A stretch of DNA of 64,000 nt from Burkholderiales bacterium (GTDB lineage Bacteria > Pseudomonadota > Gammaproteobacteria > Burkholderiales > Casimicrobiaceae): positions 70,843-134,842 of the forward strand of contig JAXMFJ010000011.1 of the NCBI GenBank assembly GCA_046347855.1, in the 5' to 3' direction. Both the position numbers and the translations under genes were made by a program. Each line of letters begins with the position of its first letter. Within the stretch, counting starts at the first letter, position 1. The notes under the pieces are model-generated. The model was given only the letters and a program-made list of their open reading frames with translations, had not been told where the DNA came from and made no database searches. Below, in pieces: positions 47,692 through 55,378 of this stretch.

Positions 47692-48939
47692 ATGCCCGCC
47701 GCCACCATCCACGCCTGGCTCGCTGCGCATCGCGCGGAGCAGGAGGCATTCCTCGCCGCGCTCGTGCGCGTGCCCTCCGACAACCCGCCCGGCGATTGCG
47801 CACCGCACGCCGAAGCGGCCGCGCGGCTGCTGGAAGCCATGGGCTTCGCGGTCGAGCGGCATCCGGTGCCCGAGCCGCTCGTGCGCGCCAACGGCATGAC
47901 GAGCTGCACCAACCTCGTCGTGCGCGTGCGCTTCGGCCGCGACGACGGCCCCGTGTTCGCGCTCAACGCGCACGGCGACGTCGTGCCGCCGGGCGGCAAC
48001 TGGACGGCCGATCCCTACGGCGCCGAGGTGCGCGACGGCGTGATGTACGGCCGCGGCGTCGCGGTGTCGAAATCCGATTTCGCGACGTACGCGTTCGCGC
48101 TGCGCGCGCTGCAGGCGGCCGCGGCGGCGGGCGCGGCGCTCGACGGCACGGTCGAGCTGCACTTCACGTACGACGAGGAAGTGGGCGGCGCCATCGGCCC
48201 CGCGTGGCTGCTCGCGGAAGGCATCACGCAGCCCGACTACGTGATCTCGGCCGGCTTCGCGTACGGCATCACGACCGCGCACAACGGCTGCCTGCACCTC
48301 GAGGTCGAGGTCGCCGGCAAGGCGGGCCACGCGGCGGAGCCGGAGAAGGGCATCGACGCGCTCGAGGCCGCGAACGGCATCCTCACCGATCTCTACGCAT
48401 TGCGCCGCACGTATGCGACGACGCGCTCGACGGTGCCCGGCATCGGCGCGCCGACGCTGGTCGTGGGGCTCATCAAGGCCGGCACCAACACCAACGTCGT
48501 GCCCGACCTCGCGACGTTCCGCCTCGATCGCCGCATCATCCCGGACGAGGATCCGGCCGCGGTGGAGGCGACGCTCGTGCGCCAGATCGAGGGCTTCGCG
48601 GCAAAGTGGCCGGGCGTGCGCGTGAGCGTGCGCCGCATCCTGCTCGCGGTGCCGTTCGTGCCGATCGCGGGGCAGGAGCGGCTCGTCGCCGCGCTGCAGC
48701 GACATGGCCGCGCGCTCACCGGCGCTGACTTGCGCACGCACGGCGTGCCCATCTACACCGACGCGCGCCTGTACACCGCGGCGGGCGTGCCGGCGGTGCT
48801 CTACGGCGCGGGACCGCGCACGCTGGTGGAGGCGAACGGCCATCGCGCCGACGAGCGGCTCGTGCTCGCCGACCTGCATCTCGCCACCGAGGTCGTGGCC
48901 CTCGCGCTCGCCGATCTCCTCGCCCCCGCGCCGCGGTGA
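47692..48939 (+). CDS. ArgE/DapE-like M20 metallopeptidase/deacylase
   Basis: SDNPPGD, LNAHGDVVPPG, GRG...SKSD, TYDEE.GG, G.NTNVVPD, YTDAR.Y, ANGHRADE. Confidence 0.88.
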   Translation: MPAATIHAWLAAHRAEQEAFLAALVRVPSDNPPGDCAPHAEAAARLLEAMGFAVERHPVPEPLVRANGMTSCTNLVVRVRFGRDDGPVFALNAHGDVVPPGGNWTADPYGAEVRDGVMYGRGVAVSKSDFATYAFALRALQAAAAAGAALDGTVELHFTYDEEVGGAIGPAWLLAEGITQPDYVISAGFAYGITTAHNGCLHLEVEVAGKAGHAAEPEKGIDALEAANGILTDLYALRRTYATTRSTVPGIGAPTLVVGLIKAGTNTNVVPDLATFRLDRRIIPDEDPAAVEATLVRQIEGFAAKWPGVRVSVRRILLAVPFVPIAGQERLVAALQRHGRALTGADLRTHGVPIYTDARLYTAAGVPAVLYGAGPRTLVEANGHRADERLVLADLHLATEVVALALADLLAPAPR

Positions 48940-50162
48940 CGGCGCCCGCGGCCACCGCGCGCGTACCGTACCTGTGGCGGCGCGTCTGCGCGCTCGGCGT
49001 CGCGCAGATCGTGTCGTGGGGGACGCTCTTCTACACGATCGCGGTGCTCGGCACGCCGATGCGCAACGCCACCGGCGTCGGCGACCTGTGGCTCTTCGGC
49101 AGCTTCACCGCCGGGCTCTTCCTCTCCGGCATCGCGTCGCCGGCGCTCGGCCGCGCGATCGATGCGGGCGGCGGGCGGCGCGTGCTGGCCGGCGGATCGG
49201 TGCTGGGCGCGGCGGCGTGCGCGGTGCTCGCATTCGCGCAAGGCCCGCTCACCGTGCTCGCGGGCTGGCTGCTCGCCGGCGTCGCGATGGCCGCGGCGCT
49301 CTACGATCCCGCGTTCGCGACGCTGCACCAGCTCGCGGGGACGTCGTACCGCCGCGCGGTCACCGCGCTCACGCTGTTCGGCGGCTTCGCGAGCACGGTG
49401 TTCTGGCCGCTGTCGCAATACCTGCTCGACACCATCGGCTGGCGCGATGCGTACCTGGTCTACGCAGCGCTGCATCTCGCGCTGTGCCTGCCGCTGCATC
49501 TCGCGAGCGTTCCCGCGGGTCGCGTGCCCGGCTGGACGCACGCGCCGGAGGCGGAAGGCGACGCGCATCCGCGCGGCGGCGCGACGTTCGTGTGGCTCGC
49601 CGCGGCGCTCGCGCTCGCCGCGTTCCTGGGCTCGGCGGTCGCCGCGCATCTCGTGACGCTGCTCACCGCGACGGGCCTGTCGGCGCGCGATGCGGTGCTC
49701 GTCGGCTCGCTGATCGGGCCGATGCAGGTCGCGGGGCGCATCTTCGAGTTCGCGTTCACGCGGCACGTGCGCGCGCTCGCGGTCGGCGGCCTCGCGTTCG
49801 CGCTGCTCGCCGTCGGGCTCGCGATCTTCACGCAGGTGCGCGGCGTGTGGATCGTGGCGCTCGCGTTCGCGCTGCCGTATGGTTGGGCGAACGGCATCAT
49901 GACGATCGTCCGCGGCACGGTGCCCGCGGAGCTCTTCGGACATCGCGACTACGGCGCGCTGCTCGGCCGGCTCGCGCTGCCGCAGTTCGTGAGCAAGGCC
50001 GTGGCGCCGTTCGCGCTCACGCTGCTCTTCCTCGTCGATCCGACGCGCACGCTCTCGCCCTATGCGCTGCTGCTCCTCGCGCTGCTCGCCCTCGGCGCGT
50101 ACCTCGCGGCGGTGGCGGCGGCGCGGCGCGCGAAGGCGGTGCGCCAGTCGGACGCCTACTGA
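48936..50162 (+). CDS. MFS transporter
   Basis: LGVAQIVSWGTLFY, G..MAAALYDPAFATL, LTLFGGFAST.FWP, GPMQVAGR; about 12 TM; GTGA overlap. Confidence 0.88.
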   Translation: MTAPAATARVPYLWRRVCALGVAQIVSWGTLFYTIAVLGTPMRNATGVGDLWLFGSFTAGLFLSGIASPALGRAIDAGGGRRVLAGGSVLGAAACAVLAFAQGPLTVLAGWLLAGVAMAAALYDPAFATLHQLAGTSYRRAVTALTLFGGFASTVFWPLSQYLLDTIGWRDAYLVYAALHLALCLPLHLASVPAGRVPGWTHAPEAEGDAHPRGGATFVWLAAALALAAFLGSAVAAHLVTLLTATGLSARDAVLVGSLIGPMQVAGRIFEFAFTRHVRALAVGGLAFALLAVGLAIFTQVRGVWIVALAFALPYGWANGIMTIVRGTVPAELFGHRDYGALLGRLALPQFVSKAVAPFALTLLFLVDPTRTLSPYALLLLALLALGAYLAAVAAARRAKAVRQSDAY

Positions 50163-50262
50163 CGTTGCTTCGGCGGGGCGTCCGATTCCGCCAGCACCTC
50201 GCGCCTGCCACGATCCAGAGAACGGCCCGCATCACGGGCGCGAGGATGCCAGGGAGCGACGC

Positions 50263-50538
50263 ATGAACAGGAGCGAGGACCGGGCCGTGCTGCCCGCGCG
50301 GTGGCCGATTGCGGGCGTGGTCCTCGCGGTGCTGCTCGTCGTGCTGCTGGCGGCGTGGGTCTACCAGCGGCGTCCGCTGCCGCTGCTCGCGCTGACCGTG
50401 CCGGACCTGGCGGGGCTCGAGCAGCAGCTCGAGCGCAAGCGCGAGGCGTGCGTCGAAGGCCCGCCGGAAGGGCCCGCCTGCGTCGAAGCCGAGCGCCTGA
50501 CGCGCGAGGTGGTCGCGCGCCGGCGCGAGCGCATCTGA
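50263..50538 (+). CDS. Small single-pass membrane protein with a Cys pair
   Basis: GGGAG RBS; WPIAGVVLAVLLVVLLAAWVY followed by ..EACVEGPPEGPACVEAE; 91 aa. Confidence 0.55.
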   Translation: MNRSEDRAVLPARWPIAGVVLAVLLVVLLAAWVYQRRPLPLLALTVPDLAGLEQQLERKREACVEGPPEGPACVEAERLTREVVARRRERI

Positions 50539-50554
50539 TCCACGGAGATCGACC

Positions 50555-50740
50555 ATGCCCTATCGCACCGTCTCGGACCTGCCCAAGGCGCAGACCGACC
50601 AGTACAACCCGCATCAGAAGAAGGCGTTCCTCGAGGCGTTCAACAACGCCTACGACGAGTACAAGGGCGACGAGCACCGCGCGTTCGCGGTGGCGCACGC
50701 CGCGGCGAAGAAGGCGGGCGCGAAGCCCGGCCCGGGCTGA
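50555..50740 (+). CDS. ChaB family protein
   Basis: MPY....DLP......  .H.KKAFLEAFNNAYDEY..DE.RAFAVAHAAAK; GGAG RBS. Confidence 0.85.
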   Translation: MPYRTVSDLPKAQTDQYNPHQKKAFLEAFNNAYDEYKGDEHRAFAVAHAAAKKAGAKPGPG

Positions 50741-50773
50741 CGGCGTCGCGCATCGCGTCGCGTTGCCGGCGCC

Positions 50774-51034
50774 GTGGAGATCCTCGCGCTAGTGCAGTGG
50801 CCGGCGATGCTGATCACCGTCGCGGCGTCGTATCTCGTCGGCTCGTCGCTGCCGGAGCGGCGGCTGCGCGGCTTCCGGCTGTTCCTGCTCTCCAACGTCC
50901 TGTGGGTCGCGTGGGGCCTCTACGCGTCCGCGTGGGCGCTGATCGTGCTGCAGGCCGCGCTGGTGCCGATGAACGTGCGCGGCGCGCGCAAGGTCGAGGA
51001 CGGCGGGGCGGCGCAGCTCGGGGCGAGGAGCTGA
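50774..51034 (+). CDS. Small multi-TM membrane protein of unknown function
   Basis: QWPAM.ITV.AS.LVGS...RR..GF.LFL.SN.LW..WG....AWALI.LQ..L..MNVRG. Confidence 0.65.
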   Translation: MEILALVQWPAMLITVAASYLVGSSLPERRLRGFRLFLLSNVLWVAWGLYASAWALIVLQAALVPMNVRGARKVEDGGAAQLGARS

Positions 51035-51038
51035 ACGC

Positions 51039-51464
51039 TCAACGCACGCCGTGATCGTGGCTGGGCGAGTGCAGCCGCACCTCGGCCTCCACCGGAATCT
51101 CCTGCACGCTGCCGTCGGCGCCGCGCACGGTAAGCGTCAGCGGCACGTGGCCGCCGCGCGCGATGCGTTGCGCGAGGCCCGACAACTGCACGCGCGGCGC
51201 ACCGGCTGCGAGCCGCACCACGACACCCGGCGCCAGCGCGATCGCCGGCACCGGCTTGCCGTGGCGGTCGACGAGCTCGCTGCGCGCAGCGGCGGTGGTC
51301 GACACCGCGATCAGCTCCGCCGGCTCCGATGCCCGCAGCTCGAGGTAGAGCTCGGTGCCCGCCCCGGCCTTCGCCGGGCGCAGCCACGGCTCCGCCACCG
51401 TGTAGACCGGGCTCGCACTGCAGGCGCCGGCGGCGAACAGGAAGGCGAGGGCAACGCAACGCAT
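51039..51464 (-). CDS. PCu(A)C-like periplasmic protein with degenerate copper ligands
   Basis: Signal peptide; V.EPW.R......T..Y.EL, ELIAVST..A...EL, G..VPLTLT, His-rich tail LHSPSHDH. Canonical H/M/HxM ligands not seen. Confidence 0.65.
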   Translation of the reverse strand: MRCVALAFLFAAGACSASPVYTVAEPWLRPAKAGAGTELYLELRASEPAELIAVSTTAAARSELVDRHGKPVPAIALAPGVVVRLAAGAPRVQLSGLAQRIARGGHVPLTLTVRGADGSVQEIPVEAEVRLHSPSHDHGVR

Positions 51465-51581
51465 GCGGCGAATGCTACTGCCGCCGCGTCGGTCAGCGCA
51501 CGGCGGCCCGTGAAAAAATAATCGGGAATAGCGGCGCGCGCGCGATGTTCGCCCTGCCATCGCGCACTTCGGGAGCATCGC

Positions 51582-52637
51582 ATGGACATCTCGTGGCGCC
51601 GGCTCGCGTGCCTCGCCTGGCTCGCCGCCGCACCGGCCGCCGAGGCCGCGTTCCACCTGTTCCGCATCGAGCAGCTCTATTCCAACGCCGACGGCAGCGT
51701 GCAGTTCGTGGTGCTGCGGGAATCGGGCGGCGCCAACAACGAGAACCTGTGGGCGGGGCAATCGCTGCGCGCGACACCCACGGGCGGCAGCGTGCGCACG
51801 TTCACGTTCCCGACCAACCTGCCTCCCAACACCGCGAGCCATCGCGTGCTCGTCGCGACACCCGGCTTCGCGGCGCTCGGCCTCGTCACGCCGGACTTCA
51901 CGATGCCGGCCGGCTTCCTGCCCGTCACCGGCGGGACGGTGAGCTACGCGGGCGTGTCGCAGGTGACGTTCGCGTCGCTGCCCACCGACGGCGCCAACGC
52001 GCTTTTCGCCACCGGCGCCATCGGCCCCAACGTCGCGACCAACTTCGAAGGCAAGTCGGCGAGCGTGACCGCGGGGCCGCCGATCGCGCTCGCGGTCGAG
52101 TTCTACAATGCGGCGCTCGATCACTACTTCATCACGCACATCGGGAACGAGATCGCGATCCTCGATGCGGGCGTGCAGATCCAGGGCTGGGCACGCACCG
52201 GGCAGTCGTTCAGCGTGTACGCGGCCGCGGGGGCCGCCACGTCGCCGGTGTGCCGCTTCTACATCCCGCCGGACAAGGGCAACTCGCACTTCTACGGCCG
52301 CGGCAGCGCCGAGTGCGCGGCGACCGCCGCCGCGAACCCGACGTTCGTCAACGAGGAGTCGCAGTTCTTCCACGTGGTGCTGCCCAATGCGGGCGTGTGC
52401 CCGGCGGGCACGGTTCCCGTGTACCGCGTGTTCAGCAACCGCTCCGATGCCAATCACCGCTACATGATCGACCGCACGCTGCGCGACCAGATGGCCAACG
52501 ACCGCCATTGGCTCGTCGAGGGCGACGGCCCGGACTTCGTGGTGATGTGCGTGCCGCCAGCCGCGACGACGACGGGCTCGCCGTCGCCGGCCCCGCCGGT
52601 GGACGATCCGTCGGATCCGGGCGGGTACTATCCGTGA
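51582..52637 (+). CDS. Secreted two-domain protein: N-terminal beta domain plus C-terminal DUF5648-like domain
   Basis: Signal peptide; FHLFRIEQLYSNADGSVQFV; AVEFYN..LDHYFIT, GW.RTG.SF, PVCRFY, SHFY, CPAGT.PVYR.F.N....NHRY. Confidence 0.7.
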   Translation: MDISWRRLACLAWLAAAPAAEAAFHLFRIEQLYSNADGSVQFVVLRESGGANNENLWAGQSLRATPTGGSVRTFTFPTNLPPNTASHRVLVATPGFAALGLVTPDFTMPAGFLPVTGGTVSYAGVSQVTFASLPTDGANALFATGAIGPNVATNFEGKSASVTAGPPIALAVEFYNAALDHYFITHIGNEIAILDAGVQIQGWARTGQSFSVYAAAGAATSPVCRFYIPPDKGNSHFYGRGSAECAATAAANPTFVNEESQFFHVVLPNAGVCPAGTVPVYRVFSNRSDANHRYMIDRTLRDQMANDRHWLVEGDGPDFVVMCVPPAATTTGSPSPAPPVDDPSDPGGYYP

Positions 52638-52653
52638 GCGGCGGGGCGGAACG

Positions 52654-53955
52654 TCAGCGCAGCCAGCGCCGGCGCATCGACTCCGCCATCTCGCCGGCGC
52701 TGCGGAAGATCGGGTCGAAGAACGCGTTGTAGATGCCCGAGCCCATCAGCGCGCCGAGCGCGGTGGACACGATGGTGAACAGCGTGGCGGTGAAGTTCTC
52801 GACGCCGGCGAGGTGGTTGTCGGCCGCGAGCTCCGCGAGCCCGATGAGGCCGAGCGAGCTCGGCACCAGCAGCCACAGCGCGGGCGTGAACGTGACCATC
52901 GCGGGCGGCCCGCCGAGGCGGTACTGCATGAGGTAGGCGACGGGCGTCATCACCAGCGCGCCGACGAAGCCGCTCATGTAGCCGCCGAACGCCGCGGCGC
53001 CGGCGAGCTGCGCGCCGGTGGCGATCGCGAGCGCGGCGAGCATCCACGGGAACGTCTTGGGCGCGGTCGAGTAGTGCAGCAGCGTGCCGACGCCGAAGCA
53101 GAACATGCCCGGCCAGATCGCCCAGGGTGCCACGCGCACCTGCGGATCGACGAGCAGGCGCTCCGGCGGCAGGCCGACGATCGATGCCGCCATCGTCATG
53201 CCGAGCACGAGGAACATGAGCTGCACGAGCCCCGCGACGAAGCGCGCGGCGCCCGACACCATGTCGGAGTAGGCGAGGTCCATCGCGGCGATCGCGAGGA
53301 CGCCGCCCGGCAGGAACGTGACCAGCGACGCGATCAGCGCGCGCAGCGGGCTCGCGGGAATGCCGTAGCGCACCGCGGAGAGCGCGAGCAGCGCGACGAG
53401 GAACGCGGCGATCGTGGGCAGCAGCGTCTCCAGCATGCCGCGGTTGCGCGCGAACACCTTGAGCACGCCCACCACCACCCCGTAGAACGCGGCGGCGCCT
53501 AAGCCCTCCCACGTGGGCTTGAGGCACAGCGCGATGCCGACCGTCATCAGCATGTGGCCGACCACGCTCGCGGTCACGCCGAAGCGCGGCTTGCGCGCGA
53601 GGATCGCGGCGAGGCGCGCGAGGCCCTGCTCGGGCGTCACGAGGCGCTGCTGCGCGTCGGCGGCGAGCGCGAAGGCGCTCTCGATCTGGTCGAAGCGCAG
53701 CGTGACCCCTTCCTCGGAGGTGAGGTCGAGGCGGCTGCCGCTCGCGTCCTCCAGCTTGACGAACAGCACGGTAGGCAGCGCGACCACGCTGACGTGCGCG
53801 ACGCCGTGCGCGCGCGCGATGCGGCGGATCGCGTCCTCGACGACCGCGACCGCCTCGCCGCTCGCGATCAGCACGTGGCCGAGCTGCGAGAGGAAGCGCA
53901 GCAGCGTGCCGGGGTCGGCCGGGGCGGCGGCCGGGGGTGCGGTGACCGCCGCCAT
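52654..53955 (-). CDS. ThrE family (threonine/serine exporter) membrane protein
   Basis: L..LG..LIASGE....VE..IRRI, LPT.LF, LRFDQI, LVTFLPGG.L..A..DL...DMVSG.AR, PALWLLVPSS.GL. Confidence 0.85.
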   Translation of the reverse strand: MAAVTAPPAAAPADPGTLLRFLSQLGHVLIASGEAVAVVEDAIRRIARAHGVAHVSVVALPTVLFVKLEDASGSRLDLTSEEGVTLRFDQIESAFALAADAQQRLVTPEQGLARLAAILARKPRFGVTASVVGHMLMTVGIALCLKPTWEGLGAAAFYGVVVGVLKVFARNRGMLETLLPTIAAFLVALLALSAVRYGIPASPLRALIASLVTFLPGGVLAIAAMDLAYSDMVSGAARFVAGLVQLMFLVLGMTMAASIVGLPPERLLVDPQVRVAPWAIWPGMFCFGVGTLLHYSTAPKTFPWMLAALAIATGAQLAGAAAFGGYMSGFVGALVMTPVAYLMQYRLGGPPAMVTFTPALWLLVPSSLGLIGLAELAADNHLAGVENFTATLFTIVSTALGALMGSGIYNAFFDPIFRSAGEMAESMRRRWLR

Positions 53956-53958
53956 CGG

Positions 53959-54981
53959 CTAGCGCGCGGCCGGGACCGCGGTGGCCGCCGCCTTGGTCAC
54001 GTAGGTGGGCTCGGTGAACAGCGACGTGACGTGGACCTGCGCAATGTCGGCGGCGTCCGGCACGCGGAACAGCACCGGCGTGACCATCTCCTCGAAGATG
54101 CCGCGCAGGCTGCGCGCGCCGGTCTTGTACTCGATGGCGAGCTCCGCGATCTGCTCGAACACGCGCGCGTCGACGACGAGCTCCACGCCTTCGTCGGCGA
54201 AGATCTGGCGGAACTGGTTGTAGAGCGAGTTCGTGGGCTCGACCATGATGCGCACGAGGAGCTCGCGCGTGAGGTCGTGGAAGCGCGCGATGATCGGCAG
54301 GCGGCCGGTGAACTCCGGGATGAGGCCGAAGGTGAAGAGGTCGGTCGGCTTCACGCGGGTGTTGAGGCGGTCGAGGATGCGCTGGTTGTCGCCCTTCGAC
54401 GTCGCGATGAAGCCGTAGCCGTGCGTCTGCGACGCGATGATCTCGTCCAGGCCGACGAAGGCGCCGCCGCAGATGAAGAGGATGTTGGTGGTGTCGACGT
54501 AGCGCCCGTCGCGCAGGCGCACCTGCGCGCCCTCCATGATCTTCAAGAGCGCGTGCTGCACCGACTCACCGGAGCTGCCGCGCTCCTCGCCGTGCGGCGC
54601 CTTCAGCTTGTCGATCTCGTCGATGAAGACGATGCCGCTGCCGGCCCTGGCAGCGTCGCCGCCGGCGCGGTCGACGAGGCGCTCCATCACGTTCTCGATC
54701 TCGTCGTTGACGAAGCGCGTGTGCGCGAGCGACGTCGCCTCGGCGGTGACGAACGGGACGCCGAGCAGCGTCGACAGCGTCTCGCAGGTGAGCGTCTTGC
54801 CCGTGCCCGAGGAGCCGATGAGCAGCACGTTGCTCTTGGCCATGCGCACGCCGTCCTGGCGCGCGCGCGCCACCTTGCGGTAGTGCGAGTAGACGGCGAC
54901 CGCGAGGACCTGCTTCGCGTCCTCCTGCCCGATGACGTACTGGTCGAGGTAGCGCGCGATGACGCTCGGCTTCAGCTTCAT
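53959..54981 (-). CDS. ClpX-like AAA+ ATPase lacking the N-terminal zinc-binding domain
   Basis: YLDQYVIGQE.AK.VLAVAVY.HY, KSNVLLIG.SGTGKT, IVFIDEIDK, GE.VQ.ALLK.MEG, DTTNILFICGGAF, GLIPEF.GRLP, TGAR.LR; starts directly at MKLKPS. Confidence 0.9.
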   Translation of the reverse strand: MKLKPSVIARYLDQYVIGQEDAKQVLAVAVYSHYRKVARARQDGVRMAKSNVLLIGSSGTGKTLTCETLSTLLGVPFVTAEATSLAHTRFVNDEIENVMERLVDRAGGDAARAGSGIVFIDEIDKLKAPHGEERGSSGESVQHALLKIMEGAQVRLRDGRYVDTTNILFICGGAFVGLDEIIASQTHGYGFIATSKGDNQRILDRLNTRVKPTDLFTFGLIPEFTGRLPIIARFHDLTRELLVRIMVEPTNSLYNQFRQIFADEGVELVVDARVFEQIAELAIEYKTGARSLRGIFEEMVTPVLFRVPDAADIAQVHVTSLFTEPTYVTKAAATAVPAAR

Positions 54982-55044
54982 CCTGCAACGGTAGCAGGGG
55001 GAGGGGTGGGGGGCAACTGCGGCGCCTCGCACTCACGCCGATGC

Positions 55045-55361
55045 GCTCCCTCTCCCGCCCGCGGCGGGAGAGGGCTGGGGTGAGGGTGGGGACGTTTGCC
55101 GCGTATCGACGCAGCCCCTCACCCCAACCCTCTCCCCGCAAGCGGGGCGAGGGAGCCCTTCGTTTGGAGGCGGGGGTGATTCGCAAGGCTCTCTCACCTT
55201 GCCTCAGAAGCGCTCTCCCGCCTCAACTCAAAGGCTCCCTCTCCCGCCCGGGCGGGAGAGGGCTGGGGTGAGGGTGGGGACGTTTTGCGCGTATCGACGC
55301 AGCCCCTCACCCCAACCCTCTCCCCGCAAGCGGGGCGAGGGAGCCCTTCGTTCGAAGGCGG
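55045..55361. repeat. Tandem duplication of a REP family A inverted doublet (two ~128-bp units, 189-bp period)
   Basis: 55045-55173 and 55234-55361 are near-identical; each is reverse REP + GGGGACGTT..GCGTATCGACGCAG linker + forward REP. Confidence 0.92.
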
Positions 55362-55378
55362 AGACGAATTGGAACCGC

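Noticed and set aside
55045-55361. Repeat-spacer-like pattern suggesting CRISPR (also 44639-44879)
   Set aside because: Units alternate in orientation, the linkers are conserved rather than unique, no cas genes are present, and the unit is the dispersed REP A.
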